A stretch of 62,350 nucleotides of DNA, the filler included, from Sphacelaria rigidula (Eukaryota), in the NCBI GenBank assembly GCA_964200075.2. It is 5 parts of 5 records of this genome, joined end to end, with 100 filler letters (N's around TTAATTAATTAA, not from the genome) between each part and the next. Parts side by side here need not be neighbours in the genome. Positions count along the whole stretch, not along the records: positions 1 to 12,392 come from CAXNAA020003820.1; 4 more parts are not named here. One strand, given 5' to 3'. The position numbers and the translations under genes were made by a program. Numbering within the stretch: the first letter of the stretch is position 1; every line of letters begins with the position of its first letter. This document shows positions 1-12,392 of the stretch, one piece after another. The notes under the pieces are model-generated. The model was given only the letters and a program-made list of their open reading frames with translations. It had not been told where the DNA came from and made no database searches.

Positions 1-1
1 C

Positions 2-1380
2 TTGATTAGATACTCTGAACGGTTTTCTACTGCACCCTTGGATTTAGGTCGATGTACCACGACACCGTTTAAGATCAAGATTCCTGATGGCACTCCTCCT
101 ATCGCTATGCGTCCGTACCGTACCAACCCCCTTTTAGCGGATAAGATCCAGGTAATTCTCGATGGTTACTTATCCGCCGGTTTGATTCGGCATTCGACGT
201 CTCCGTGGGCCTCGCCTTTAGCAGTCGTCCGTAAGAAGAATGGCAAAATCAGACTGACGGTCAATTATCAACGATTGAACGCTGTCACCAAAATCGCCCT
301 GCTGCCACTTCCACGGATTGATGAAATTATTGACTCTCTTGGCGGGGGTAAAGTATTTTCGAACTTTGACATGCAGTCCGGCTACCACCAACTCGTGATG
401 GATCCAAGTTCCATTGAACTGACAGCGTTTTGCACGCCATCAGGTTTGTACGAGTGGTTGGTTACACCACAAGCTGCCGCCGGAGCTCCAGGTGCGTTTC
501 AACGTGTAATGTTCCGTGTAACTGATGAATTGCCCAAATACCATATGTACCTTGATGATGCGGTGTGTCACGACTCTACACCGGCTGAACACGTCGACCA
601 GTTGGCATCATTCTTCAATCGGTTTGAACAACATAACTTGAAACTCGCACCCTCCAAATCCCGCATTGGCGCCACGAAGATTGAGTTCTTGGGTCATTGC
701 ATCACCCCCGAAGGTCGTAGCCCAAACCTCGACAAGGTCGCCGCGCTCTCCGATATGCCCACGCCACGGGACATTATTCAACTGCGATCCTTGTTGGGAG
801 GTCTAAGCTACTACAGACAGTACTTGCCAAACCTTGCTCAAACGCTAAACCGCCTCACCACCGTCCTAAAAAAAAGGGTAAAAATTGTGTTCACATTAGA
901 AATGGAAAAAACCGTCCGCCGTCTTCTTGACACCCTTTCGCGCCCGCCGATTCTTGTCTTCCCCGACTGGTCGGCCGCGGAGCAGGGTTCCCGCCCTCTC
1001 CGGCTCCACACAGACTCTTCCAACATTGGGTTTGGCTGCACATCAGAACAGGAGCAAGTCGATGCTACTGTTCATCCCATTGTCTATCTGAGTCGCACCA
1101 CTTTTCCGAATGAACAGAGTTGGTCTGTCATGGAACAAGAGGCCGGCGCAGTTGTTTGGGGCGTGCGACGTCTGCGTCAGAATTATGTGACATCCCGTTT
1201 GTGATTTATACCGATCAGAAGTCTTTGGAAAGCCTTGCCAAAATGGCGGAACACAACGCTAGGGTCCAACGCTGGTTCAAAACCCTGTCGTCTTACAACT
1301 TTCAACTGAAGTACCGCACAGGCCCGCAGAATGCAAACGCCGACTTTCTATCACGCTTGCCCACACCAGCTCAACCTATC
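2..1380 (+). pseudogene. Reverse transcriptase and RNase H of the Gypsy pol (ORFs 2..1204 and 1120..1770 joined by a frameshift)
   Basis: YLDD catalytic motif; RNase H D-E-D motifs are split across two frames. Confidence 0.93.
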
Positions 1381-2399
1381 GATGAATCCCCCATGGGACG
1401 TATCACCGATTCCCCCGAAGACATTGTATATTTTATAAGCAGGAATGAACATAGAGGTCTCTACACACCACTTTCACTGAGAGAAACCCCGGCTTTAGGC
1501 ATGGGTGGACTGATGACCACAGCCCACGCATCGGTCCCAGGCAGCTTGCAACCTCAATCGTTGTACTCAGTTTGGAATGGACTGTCTACGAATACTGTTA
1601 GCTATGATCATTTTCGTGCAACTGGCCAGCGCATGGTTTTCGCAGCAGGTGTACAATCGTTCTTTGCTGACTCCGTCTTACCAGTTCAAGTTCGAGATTT
1701 GATTTCGAGGAGGACTTGTGGACGGCGACCCGTCGAAACGGCCACCAAATTTAGCTGTACCCGGTCCTGACCTTCCCCTCCCTGCCCCCACCCCGGTCCC
1801 CGATAGTTTCCTTGCGCCCCCGCAGCCTCCGCGACGCAAGGCCCCCAGAAAATCGCCCCCGACCGTGCCGCCCCTGCCAACCATACCAGAAACCACGGCT
1901 GTGACCCCCTCCCTTGGTGATGATATTGCAAACACCACCACAGCACCCTCCACGCTAATCGACGCAGGAGTAGGCGTTAACGTTCCGTCTGAGAGTACAC
2001 CAACTGGTAGGCTCCCCCTTGATTCCGAAATCACCGCTTCGTGCCAACGCCGCCCCGAACCGACCCAACACGAAGTAGACGCTTCAACAGATGGTGTATT
2101 CAAGGAACGTTTGACTCTCTTCTCTCATGCCGATTGGGCCCGGGAACAACAGGCAGAACCTGCTTGTAAATCAGCGATCCATTATCTATCTAAAGGTTGC
2201 CCATGTCCATTCTCAGTAACCGAATTTCTTTTGCCAGTCGGGAATCTCAAAGCGCCCACACAGAATGAAGTTACTGAACTTTCAAGGAAAGGTTTGCTAC
2301 ATACGGATGGTGATGGTATATTTCTGTTAGTTCGCCGGCCCACAGCAGCCCTCCCCAGGGGGAAGCCTACAAGTCGACATGCCCGCTTGCTAGGTGATG

Positions 2400-3580
2400 A
2401 ACCCATCCGCATCTATGTCCCGATGCTACTGCGCCCATGGGTTCTGCACGAATGACACTTTCTACGATAGCCCCCCCCAAAAAAGTGCATGGTTTTAGGA
2501 GGCGAAATCTCCATGTAAATCGAAATGGGAAAAGCCGACCACAGCGAGNNNNNNNNNNTGAACCCGAACATCAGGCGCTTTATGGCCATTTTTTTCGCGA
2601 CACTTTTAGCTGATTTTGGGGGGGGGGCTATCGTAAAAAGTGTCGAATGCCATTCACAGACATCTACTCATTTAGACGCCATTAGGACCTCCCAGATGTT
2701 GGAACGTTTTCATTGGTGGATTTGGATGGATCAGTGTTGTCGTTGGCGGGTGAGGCGTTGTCTCTTGTGTCAGGCGCGAAAACTTTCTCGGCAAACAGTT
2801 CGTTGGCCGATTGTTTCCATGCCACTCCCAAACGGGCCTGATGAAGTAGTTTCGCGGGACTATTTTGGTCCTCTGCCCCTGACGGATAGTGGTCATAAGT
2901 ATTTGTTGTTCACGGATAGATTTAGTCGACATGCGGTGATGCACGCCGTCCCCCGCAGCAGTTATAACGCGGAAGGTACCGCCAACATTCTTGTCTACAT
3001 GTACATCCCACTGTGGGGTGTGCTTAAACGCTTACTGTCTGACAACGGCCCGCATTTTTCGGGCAAACTTTCAGCCGCCGTCAGTGACCTTTTGGGTGCC
3101 CACCGCATTTTGACTAGTTCACATCACCCTTCCACCAATGATGGAACGGAACGAGTGAACCATACGATGGCACAGGTGCTTGCTGCTGTAGCAAATGAGA
3201 GACAGATGGACTGGGACCTGCACCTACCCCTTGTCCAAATAATATACAACGATTCAGTCACTGCCGCTACGGGATTGTCGCCGAATGAAACTCATATTGG
3301 ACGCATGCCTAGGTTACCTTTAACGGTATTCGAACGCAAAAATACAGGCGGACATCAGAGTCTACATCGTGATGTTGTAGAATTTCATTTGTCGGTTAGC
3401 AATCGCCTTCGTCTTGCCTATGAAGGGGTACGAGAACAGAACCAAATCAATTTGGCCAAGGTGGCCAGGGCGAACTTGATGTTGGATGATGTGGTACAAA
3501 ACCGCCCGATGTGGAAGGTAGGCCAATGGGCATGGGTGTATAACGATGTGAAGACCATCAATCAAGAGGCTAGCTCGTAA
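2400..3580 (+). pseudogene. Retroviral-type integrase (Zn finger and DDE core), interrupted at 2454-2644 by a MITE
   Basis: PWVLHE|CHSQTSTHL...CLLCQARK; DYFGPLP, FTDRFSR, LSDNGPHF, TERVNHTM; in-frame TAA at 3578-3580. Confidence 0.92.
2454..2644. mobile_element. MITE family A (GACACTTTCTACGATAGCCCC TIR) with 4-bp TSD GAAT, inserted in the integrase Zn finger
   Basis: ~24-bp TIRs; GAAT at 2450-2453 and 2645-2648; removing it restores LHECHS. Confidence 0.9.
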
Positions 3581-3899
3581 TCATCATCTTTGGACAAAGT
3601 TGTGAAGGCGAAAATATCCCTGAATAGGACTGGTCCTTGGGAAATTTTAGCTATTGGTCCAAGCGCTACCGCACCCGACAAGAGTCCGACGGGAGCGAAA
3701 CTTTTGTATTTAGATTTTCCCACGGATGAACCTGGTTTGAAACTGAAAAGTCGCGTCTCGATGCTACGATGCAAACCGTGTATCCTCCCTCATGACTCCT
3801 CCAACATGCCCAAACAACTGCCGCTAGGGCTTAGCCAGTATGTGTTGACCAAGTATGCGATCAAAACTCCGCCGTATCATATGACGGTCGAGGATGCGG

Positions 3900-4050
3900 A
3901 CGCACCCCTGGAACGCGTTGAGGTAGATAGGATTTCGGGCCATCAACTGGTTCGCGGCCGTGGAGGTAAGATAGCGGTAATGTATCAAACACATTGGAAG
4001 GGTATCATGCGTGTTACATGGGAGCGTGAAGTTGATTTGCGTCATTTTCG
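3900..4050 (+). other. Chromodomain at the integrase C-terminus
   Basis: VEVDRISGHQLVRGRGGKIAVMYQTHWKGIMRVTWEREVDL matches the chromodomain pattern (VE.I..H.....Y...WKG....TWE...L). Confidence 0.75.
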
Positions 4051-4237
4051 ACGGGAAATATTGCTGTACTGGGTAGGAGATACCGTCCAACACCGCCCGT
4101 TGAATAAGAGGTATTGGTTGATGTGCAAGGGAGCTGCCGCTCGGGAATTGGCACGTGAATACTCAGCGCGGTTTGTTGTGACAGGCTGTAGCCTTCTTTT
4201 GCGTTAACAATACATGCAGTGTTTTCACGGGAAATGA

Positions 4238-4510
4238 TTGCCGAAAGGGGCGTATGTTTGGTATAAGGCCTTGGATTCACTGTGGTGGTTGAGTAAAATT
4301 TATTTGGTCGATCCTGCGTCTGACCACTCCTACTTTATCCGTTTCCTCGATGACCCGAGCCCCCTTAAGATTCGCCTGGATGATTCTTACTACACCGAGG
4401 AGCCGACCGCTCGGAGGGGATCCTGGTACCTCCAACGACATGAACAAGGTGAACTCGAAACAGCCGTTCTACGGAACACGGACACCGCTTGGAATGCAGT
4501 TGACTCATGA
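4238..4510 (+). other. Putative Tudor/PWWP/Agenet-like (Royal family) beta-barrel ending the pol protein, after a frameshift near 4205
   Basis: GAYVWYKALDSLWWLSKIYLVDPASDHSYFIRFLDD fits the G..VW.K....WW..KI.....Y.I.F.D pattern; recognised by eye only. Confidence 0.5.
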
Positions 4511-5620
4511 TGCCGCATCCGAGTCTGCTTCCCCATTCACCTTGCGTAGTGTACCGCGTTCGAGTCGCTTGTCTTGCGCCATAGCGTCGTTGGAAAACCA
4601 CGTGTTCCCCTCCTCCCCCCGCCTTCAATTTGTTTTTCGTACTCATTAGCCCCGTACTTGTAGTGGTTGATGTTGTGTTTTGTACGTGGTGTTTCCTCTT
4701 TTTTTTAGTATTTCGTTTTTTCTCGTGCTGCATTTAATTTTTTGTTGCCTTGGACCCTGACGTTGTGGGTGTTCTTTTTTGCCTTTGCGTCATATTGTTT
4801 TGAATTGTTTTTTGTCTTCTTTTTTTTTCTTTCCTTCTTTTTTTTCCTTTTGCGTCGTGCTTTGTTTCAATTTATTTGTGTCCAATTTGTAATTTTCTTG
4901 GTTATTCCTGGGCTCATCTGGCAAAGTACAAGTGACGACCGTTCCATTCCTGACCCCGAGTCTGGAACCTGGAACCTCCGTCCTCCGCGCCGTACATTCA
5001 CAACCATTCCGTCTACTGGAACAGTTGCCACGAGTTATTTATTTCTTCATTTTTTCGTTGTACGCACTTTTTGTCTTGCTTTGCCTACCATATAGTCTTT
5101 ATTTTTGATTTGATTGTTTTTGATGAAGAGTTTCCGGAGCGAGCGCTAGCCATACCTGACGCTCACGTCTGGGATAATTGCGCTCTTGCCCAATCGCTCC
5201 GTACACGCATATCGCCTCCGTTTTCGGGATCGGTCGTGACGTGTCCCTTTGTTGTGTGCGTACGAAGTTGAGTTTTATATTAACATGGGCGATAGTAACC
5301 GAAGCCGAGTGTCCGAAATGTTTTGACCTATTGGCTGAAAATTTTGACCCCACTTGCTTCGTACACACGATAGCCGCTCCCGTTTACAAGGATGGTTGCC
5401 ACGTGTTGTTAACTGCTTCATGTTGCTGATATTTCGTTTTCACTGTTGCCGAGCGTGCCCCTTGTTTTGTATTTATTTTTGGTTTTTGTTTCTGCGTCTA
5501 TGTCGGCAATTTTGCCATGAGTGTTCCAACGTTCCTGGCCCTCGAGTCTAGAACACTTGGCCTACTTTTTTTGCGAATCCTGCCGCGTGTGACCGACCTC
5601 ATTTATAGGAGGGTCACGGG

Positions 5621-6352
5621 TGATGCGACGCGATGATTTATACTTGGTGATTGGTAAGTAACAACTAGGTCACCACTGGCCGCGTCGTACGTAGCGGTCT
5701 TGAAGAATTGTCATTGAAGTCGCGGTATAATCGGTTGCAAACTTCTCCTCATACAGGACCATTACGTATCATGATAAGGTAGATTCTCTTCCGGAACTGT
5801 CCGTTCCGCCATGTCGATATTCGACTGTTGGTACAGCCTATCGGCTCAGAGTCCGCCACTCGCTAATTTTTCTGTCACTTTTACCAGCTTTTTGCGTACA
5901 ATTACCCGCCCCTGAAATCGGTCGGTGGTGTTTTGTTTTTATCAGGGATTATTGGACGAAGTAACGTGACGGTACGACCGGCTGCGGGTTTTACTCCAGT
6001 TTGTGTTCGGGCCAGTCTCGTTTTAGTCCGAACGGGCAAATACTGTGAGGAGTACGCTGCGTTGGTCCTCTCTGCCCTGGGTATTTGTCGTGGTTCAAAA
6101 ATGTGGTGGGCGATCCGCCTCGGAACTACGTAGTAGGCCCGAAGGTTGTGTATTGACTCCACCACGTTTCTTTTCACGTGTACGGACATCTGACCTCACA
6201 AACCGGTCGGTTGTTTTCGTATCTTCGTGTGAGAAGGAAAAAAACAATGCTGTACGGCTGGATCATCAACCAGACGTCCCAAGCGAGTCGTTACTCTCAC
6301 AAACGTGTACCGACAATTAACTCACGTCAAACGGGTTGATTCGTCCGTATCA
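5621..6352 (+). repeat. Probable 3' LTR of the Gypsy element (~730 bp)
   Basis: Starts TGATGCG after a purine-rich stretch (AGGAGGGTCACGGG, PPT-like) and ends CGTATCA, giving TG...CA with an imperfect terminal inverted repeat. The 5' LTR is absent, so this cannot be confirmed. Confidence 0.45.
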
Positions 6353-7071
6353 TGCTATTTGGGTTTTTTCCCAACGTATGGTTTTCGCGACGGAATCGGC
6401 TGTACGTTGCTGGCTTTTGCTGATTGACTGGGACGAGTGATTACCATGAACTTGATTATCGGAGTGATATAATGCCTTGGCGGGCTTGCTTGTTTTTCTA
6501 CCAATGACCTAAAACAAATCGGAAATCCGGAAAAGAGAGTGAACTATTTACTCATGACATAGTTATGGCAGGGTAGGATGATCGTTTCAATGATAAGTCT
6601 CTGATGAAGACACTGCATTTCGTGGTATATGGTTTTGATTGTTGATTTTGGATTTTTATATTTTGGATTTCCCATGACTCCGTCTGAAAGGCTCACGGAA
6701 CATGAGAACACTGAATTATTATATCGGTTCGATTTTTTTATCTTTGCTTTGTGGTTGTGTTTGTATTTTATTGATTTTTTGTGTTGATCGCCCCTTTCCG
6801 TTCCCCGTACCAACGAACACTCGATCTTCAACACGAGCGCCAGTTTCTGTGGTGTGGGAGAGGTGTGGCTCGATGCAAGTTCGTCCCTTCTGAAAAGGAA
6901 CTGCACTTGAACGATCCAGGGTGGGCTAATGTGATGGTAAATGACTGAATGCCTGAATGAAACTAGTTCTTTGGGATTTGCAGATGGTCCCCAGAAACGA
7001 CTGGCGGGTATATGAAAAGATTCTAGTCGAATATGTGCTTGTGTAACGTAGAAACTGGACAAGTACAGCCC

Positions 7072-8709
7072 CACCCGTGGGCAGATAGCACCCTGTGGGG
7101 CGCACTGTGCAGGGTCCGTACAGGGTCCTCCACAGTCTTTGTGAAAAATCCAGTGAAAATCCAAACCTGTACCCCTCGTAGCGTTTTGATAAGGTTTTCC
7201 CCGGGGTTGGGTTTACAGCCCTGTGTAGGCTTGTCGGCAAAGCCCTGCATAGTCATGTGGTCGTGTTTTGGTAAAAAAAACCCTAACTTTTTTTTTTTAG
7301 TTTCCAAATACTTTAGCACAAACTCTGTATATTTATATATCTTCAATAGCTTGTCTTCCTGTCCGAGGTAAATTCCTCTTCACCCGATATGAATCGAGCG
7401 GACAGGAATTTATTTTGGACAGCAGGACAAGCTATTCAGAACAGATCATTTTCTCGCCCAATTTATTTCGGCAAAAAAAAGGATCTATTTCGAACAGCTT
7501 CTTCTGCTGCGCAAATCCCATGCACACTGGCAGGTTCGGAATTTGAACAGCAGAAGAAGCTCGAAATAAATATTTACTTTTCCCTCCAATTCATCCAGAG
7601 ATTGGGGGCAAAGAGATTTATTGCGAGCAGCGTCAGCTGCTGGGCAAATCCCGCATACTGCATCGTCACCAGCGCATGGGATCCGACACGCAGAAAAAGT
7701 TGCTGAAAGGTATTCATTTTTTTGCCCCCCAGTCCATGTGTACATGGGCTAAGGGATACACGCGCGCATATGATACCCCCATATATCAAAATAAGCTGCA
7801 GGCACCTACATTGTCTATATAGCCAGCCATCTGCAGTACATGGCGCCGCACGTATAAGCACAACTTAGCGCACTGTCCCGCATGCAATGGTATTGTACAG
7901 TCCAGTACAATTTATGATTGTTGTGAATTTATATCCAGCTGAAGCTGCTTGCGAGCAAGTTTTTCTCCACCCAATTTCAGGTCTTGGCCGTGTACAAATT
8001 CCATGTGCTATATATAGTGTGTATGGGATTAGTATCTGTGCAGCTTAAGCTCTTCGAAATGAATCATTTTTCCCCCATTCCGCAAGTTGGGAATTAGGAT
8101 TTATTTCGAACAGCAGAGGCTGTCCGAATTTCAGATTTTCATTGCACTTGTGGCTCTAAAAACAATGCGGGGGATTTCAGTGTTATTGACACGGACCTTC
8201 GAGGGCCCCAAAATTCAAAAGTACAAAGAATACAACTCCTTCACGATGATTACCATGCCTAGCTCAGTATGTAGTCGGTTGACTCTCTATCGATGAAATC
8301 GTGGGTTCGATACCCCGTCCAACCTGGATCGTTTTTTTTCCCGCCAGTACCTTGAGCCCGCAGCTGCATGTGGAGGGGAGGGTAGTGTTTGTGCGTGAAC
8401 ACACTGCACAGCATTGTCAGCAGCGATGAACTCTTCACGGGGCGACGGAACCCTGTGATGTACACTATCCATGACCACTGTAGAGAAACCCTGTGGAGAG
8501 AAACTCTGTGATGCACACTATTCATGACCACTGTAGAGAAACCCTGTGGAGCGTCCTGTGCTACGCTGGAAAACACTGTACAGTAAAATTCCCGCCAGAA
8601 ACACTGCGCAGGGTTTGTAAACCCTGTAGAAAAATTCCCGCCAGAAACACTGCGCAGGGTTTGTAAACCCTGTAGACCCCCTCCACAGGGTGCTATCTGT
8701 CCACGTGTG
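7072..8709. mobile_element. Non-autonomous TIR element with CAC...GTG ends and 2-bp TSD (CC); CMC (CACTA/Mirage)-like
   Basis: TIR CACCCGTGGGCAGATAGCACCCTGTGG / CCACAGGGTGCTATCTGTCCACGTGTG; subterminal ACCCTGT repeats; internal homology to 9108-10440. Confidence 0.85.
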
Positions 8710-9107
8710 CCAATCGGCGTTGTTGCGCCTGCAGGCTGTAGTCAAATTAATTGTATCGGATGGGCCATATGGGGCACGCGCCTGCCAAAATAGGTAGATA
8801 AAAGGCACGCGCCACAACGAGTTGCTATGATGGCCATTGGATGCGTAGCTAGGAGGGTTTGAGGGTAAGGGTGAGCAGCGCCCACCATCGCTTACGAGTT
8901 CACTTGCGACCCACCTGCCAGAGAAAGGCTTACCGTAGAACTAATCACAGGAAGGACCATCAGCTTTTCATCTGCTCTGCGCGGCGTCTCACCTTCTGGC
9001 CAGCAAGCCGTGACAAACTAACGCGAGTGAGTCACGTGTAACATAACCCTTTTTTGTCTTTCGGTTTTTCCTTTAATGGAAGAGCTCGTTGCTTACTTTC
9101 ATTATCA

Positions 9108-10440
9108 CACACGTGGACAAATAGCACCCTGTAGGACGAGCTGCACAGGGTTCTCCACAGTCTTTGTGGAAACCCCTCTGCAGCATTTGCAAACCCTAGT
9201 ACCTGTAATAGCATTTTGCATAACGTTTTTGTCGAAACCCTACAAGCAACCCTGCGGAGAGGCCTCCCCAATTTCGAAAAATTCGAACTATTTTGGTATA
9301 AAATCTGTAAATTTAGTTTTTGGAATAGCTCCTCCCGCTGTTCGAGATAAATTCTTTTTTGCCCGATTCAAATCGAATCGGGCAAAAAGGAATTTATCTC
9401 GGATAGCAGGAGAAGCTATTCAAAACAGATTCTTTTTCCGCCCATTTTATTTGGGCAAAAAAAGGATATATTTCGAACAGCAGAATAAGCTGTTCAAAAG
9501 AGATCCTTTTTTCGTCCATTCAAATTGGGGGGGGGAAAGGATCTATTTTGAACAGCTTATTTTGCTGCGCAAATCCCATGCACGCTGGCAGAGTTGGAAT
9601 TAGAGCAGCAGAAGAAGCTCGAAATACATCTTCACTTTGCCTTCCAATTTCATTCGGAAATTGGGGGAAAAGAGATTTATTGCAAGCAGCGTCAGCTGTG
9701 CATATCCCGCATACCGCACCGTTACCAGCGTATGGGATCACATACGCAACAAAAGTTGTTGAGAGCAATTCATCCTATAGCCCCAAAGGATGAGTATTTC
9801 TCAAGAGCTTTCGCTGAGTAGAGATCCCACACATTGGTTACGTGTGTATGTCCACACCTGTGCTTCAAGCACAAACTTGGCGTGATAAGATGATAGGGGA
9901 ACGGTACATACCTTGCATACGGGTGTATATTGCTTTTGAAAACCCCGTGGTGCGCAGTCTACCAAAATCACTCAACCGAGTATGCTTTTGTTTAGAGAGT
10001 TTGCTTGATAGTAAATAGAAGCACAAAATATTTTTTTACTTTCCAACAAGCCAGGTTGCTCAATGTGCACACTGACGCACTCCAAAGCACAAAACCGTAA
10101 GTTCTAGGCCCACAGCTACAATCTCTTGATCGTTTTTTCTGTCAGTACCATGCCCATGCTGTAGGGAGTGTACTGCATGCGTGCTATAAAGGCTGCACAG
10201 CATATTAACAGCGATGAATTCTACACGGAGTGACGAAACCCTGTGAAGCGCCCTGTGTGGCACAAAATAATACCCTACAGTCAAATCCCCGCGAAAAACC
10301 CTGCACAATTTTCCTGAAACCCTGTAAAGCGTCCTGTGGGGCGCAAAAAAAAAACTACAGCCAGATCCCCGCGAGAAACACTGCACAGTTTCCCTGGACC
10401 CTGTAGACGTGCCCCACAGGGTGCTATTTGTCCACGTGTG
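9108..10440. mobile_element. Second, diverged copy of the CACAC TIR element with 2-bp TSD (CA)
   Basis: TIR CACACGTGGACAAATAGCACCCTGT / ACAGGGTGCTATTTGTCCACGTGTG; CA on both flanks; internal blocks (e.g. GCTGCGCAAATCCCATGCAC) shared with 7072-8709. Confidence 0.88.
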
Positions 10441-10618
10441 CAGCTGTCAGCTGTTAACGTGTGCGAGAGAACCTTACTCCTTGAGTTAACGAGCCGAACA
10501 CAGGACCAGCGGGTCACACATATCTTGGGATGCGGCTTGCTTGCTAGTGCTTACCGTTACAACATTATAACATACATGTACAGGCTGGGCCGCCCAAGAA
10601 GCCACGAGGAATGTTGAA

Positions 10619-11256
10619 ACGCATTTCCTGCGCTCAATTTTGAATCGTTTTCGATGCACTTTTGACATGATGTACAGGACGTTTGTGCAAACACCCCACC
10701 TTCCATCCCCTGTTTTTTGTTTTGTTTCTTCGTGAGTTATTGGCAATTTTGTTTCGTGAAAAACTGTTCTGAGCTTTTCCTTCGCCAATAACTCACGGAG
10801 AAAAAAAACAAAAACAGGGGATGGAAGGTGGTGTGTTCGCACATACGTCTTGTACATCGTGTCGAAATTTCATCGAAAACGATCCAAAATTGAGCGCAGG
10901 AAATGCGTCATTCCGTCGACAAGCGGTCACTATAGTATATGGAGGCGAACCAGTTACGAATATTTCGAACGCATTAATGTTGTTCAATTTCAAGCTGTTT
11001 TCGATGAAATTTTGACACGATGGACAGGACGTATGTGCAAATACCAAACCTTTCCACCTATGTTTTTTTTCTGTTTTCCTGCGTGAGTTATTGGCGGTTT
11101 TGTTCCGAAAAAACTGTTGTGAAATGTTCCGTCGCCAATAACTCACGAAGAAAAGAAAAAAAAACACGGGAGGAACGAGGGGGGTTTGCACATACTTCCT
11201 GTACACCATGTCAAAATTTCGTCGAAAACGACCGAGTATTGAGCTCGGGAATTGTG
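10619..11256. repeat. Two tandem foldback (MITE-like) units, ~10619-10908 and ~10968-11256
   Basis: ACGCATTTCCTGCGCTCAATTTTG...CAAAATTGAGCGCAGGAAATGCGT long inverted arms; the second unit is homologous, with an inner CGTGAGTTATTGGC/GCCAATAACTCACG palindrome. Confidence 0.75.
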
Positions 11257-11921
11257 CCACAGCTTGTGCGGCACCACGCGGCACAAAACTGACTGTACGC
11301 GAAAATCCAATCTGAGCCGGGGTTTTTGGCTAATTCCGCCGCACATAGTACCCTCAACTCTCTTCACTTCCGCATTTGATTACAGTTTGGTATTTTGTTT
11401 GACGAGACCTTGTCGGATCGCAGTGCTACATGGATTTGAAGACGCGCGCTGATTTGCCGATTACCACGATGTTTCATAGTGGGCACAAGTCGCGATACAT
11501 CGTGAGTGAGAACGGGCTGAAGGATAGTGAGCTTTTTGCGCGGCCCAGCGTGTACAGGTGGAAACATACTAGACCCTGCATTTTATATGGAACTATACCC
11601 AACCGTGAACAAAATATTTTTACAGTCAGTACGAACACGATGTTAGAAGTGTAATGCGTACAGTGTGTTGGGTGTGTTGTCGTCCCATTTATCTGGACGC
11701 CCGTCTCCACCTTTCGGTATATGTGGGCGCACCAGCCACGGCTGTGTTACCATTTAGCTTCGCCGAAGATACAGGCAGCCATTACCGCGGCGGAGGCGGC
11801 CTTTGACTCCTGCGTACGCCACCCGGGGCAAACGCACGCTGTAGCTGCAACACGGACAGCTTCACAAATGTGACGTAGCGATATCCTGTAGCGCGTGGCG
11901 TCATATCCCGCCTACACTTTT

Positions 11922-12170
11922 GACACTTTCTACGATAGCCCCCCCTCAAGAAGTGCATGGTTTTAGGAGGCAAAACCTTCAAGTAAATCGAAATAGGAAA
12001 AGCCGAGCACAACGAGAAGTCGGGAATTCCCACGCTTTGGTTCGTTCTAGCCAATGTCGCCAATATGAGACACTTCATGCAGCCTGAACCCAAAGATCAG
12101 GCGCTGTATGGCCATTTGTTTCGTGACACTTTTGAGCTGGTTTTGGGGGGGGGCTATCGTAGAAAGTGCC
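11922..12170. mobile_element. MITE family A, second copy
   Basis: Same TIR and internal sequence as 2454-2644; flanks TTTT/GTTT (imperfect 4-bp TSD). Confidence 0.88.
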
Positions 12171-12392
12171 GTTTGCCGCAGATACAAGCGGCTGCGTTCA
12201 TGATGTGGCGAACTGCATAGGACAACGCGAAATCAATGCAGGACAGGAATAGGCTAAGGATGTCATGTCCTGCGGTGTGCTTTGTCACCCTGCACCCTAC
12301 CGCTGTGCAGTGAGCAGGAGTCATCCTACGATGGGGGGGAGGTATTTGGTTACACGAAAAAAGAGGCTCATGAGTGTGTCAGACATCCTTCC

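Larger units (their letters stand above)
2..4510 (+). mobile_element. Ty3/Gypsy (chromovirus-like) LTR retrotransposon pol region, 5'-truncated by the contig start and disrupted by frameshifts, a stop and a MITE
   Basis: RT motifs SPWASPLAVVRKKNG..RLTVNYQRLN, FDMQSGYHQL, MYLDDAV, IEFLGH; RNase H LHTDSS..GFG, EQEAGAVVWGV, FVIYTDQKSL, NANADFLSR (frameshift near 1195); integrase HHCC (HECH..H..CLLC) and core DYFGP, DRFSR, SDNGPHF, TERVNHT; GPW motif; chromodomain. The order RT-RH-IN defines Gypsy. Confidence 0.95.

Noticed and set aside
4742-5095. Hydrophobic ORF after pol as an env-like gene
   Set aside because: Phe-rich translation of a T-rich 3' UTR; short and starts at TTG.
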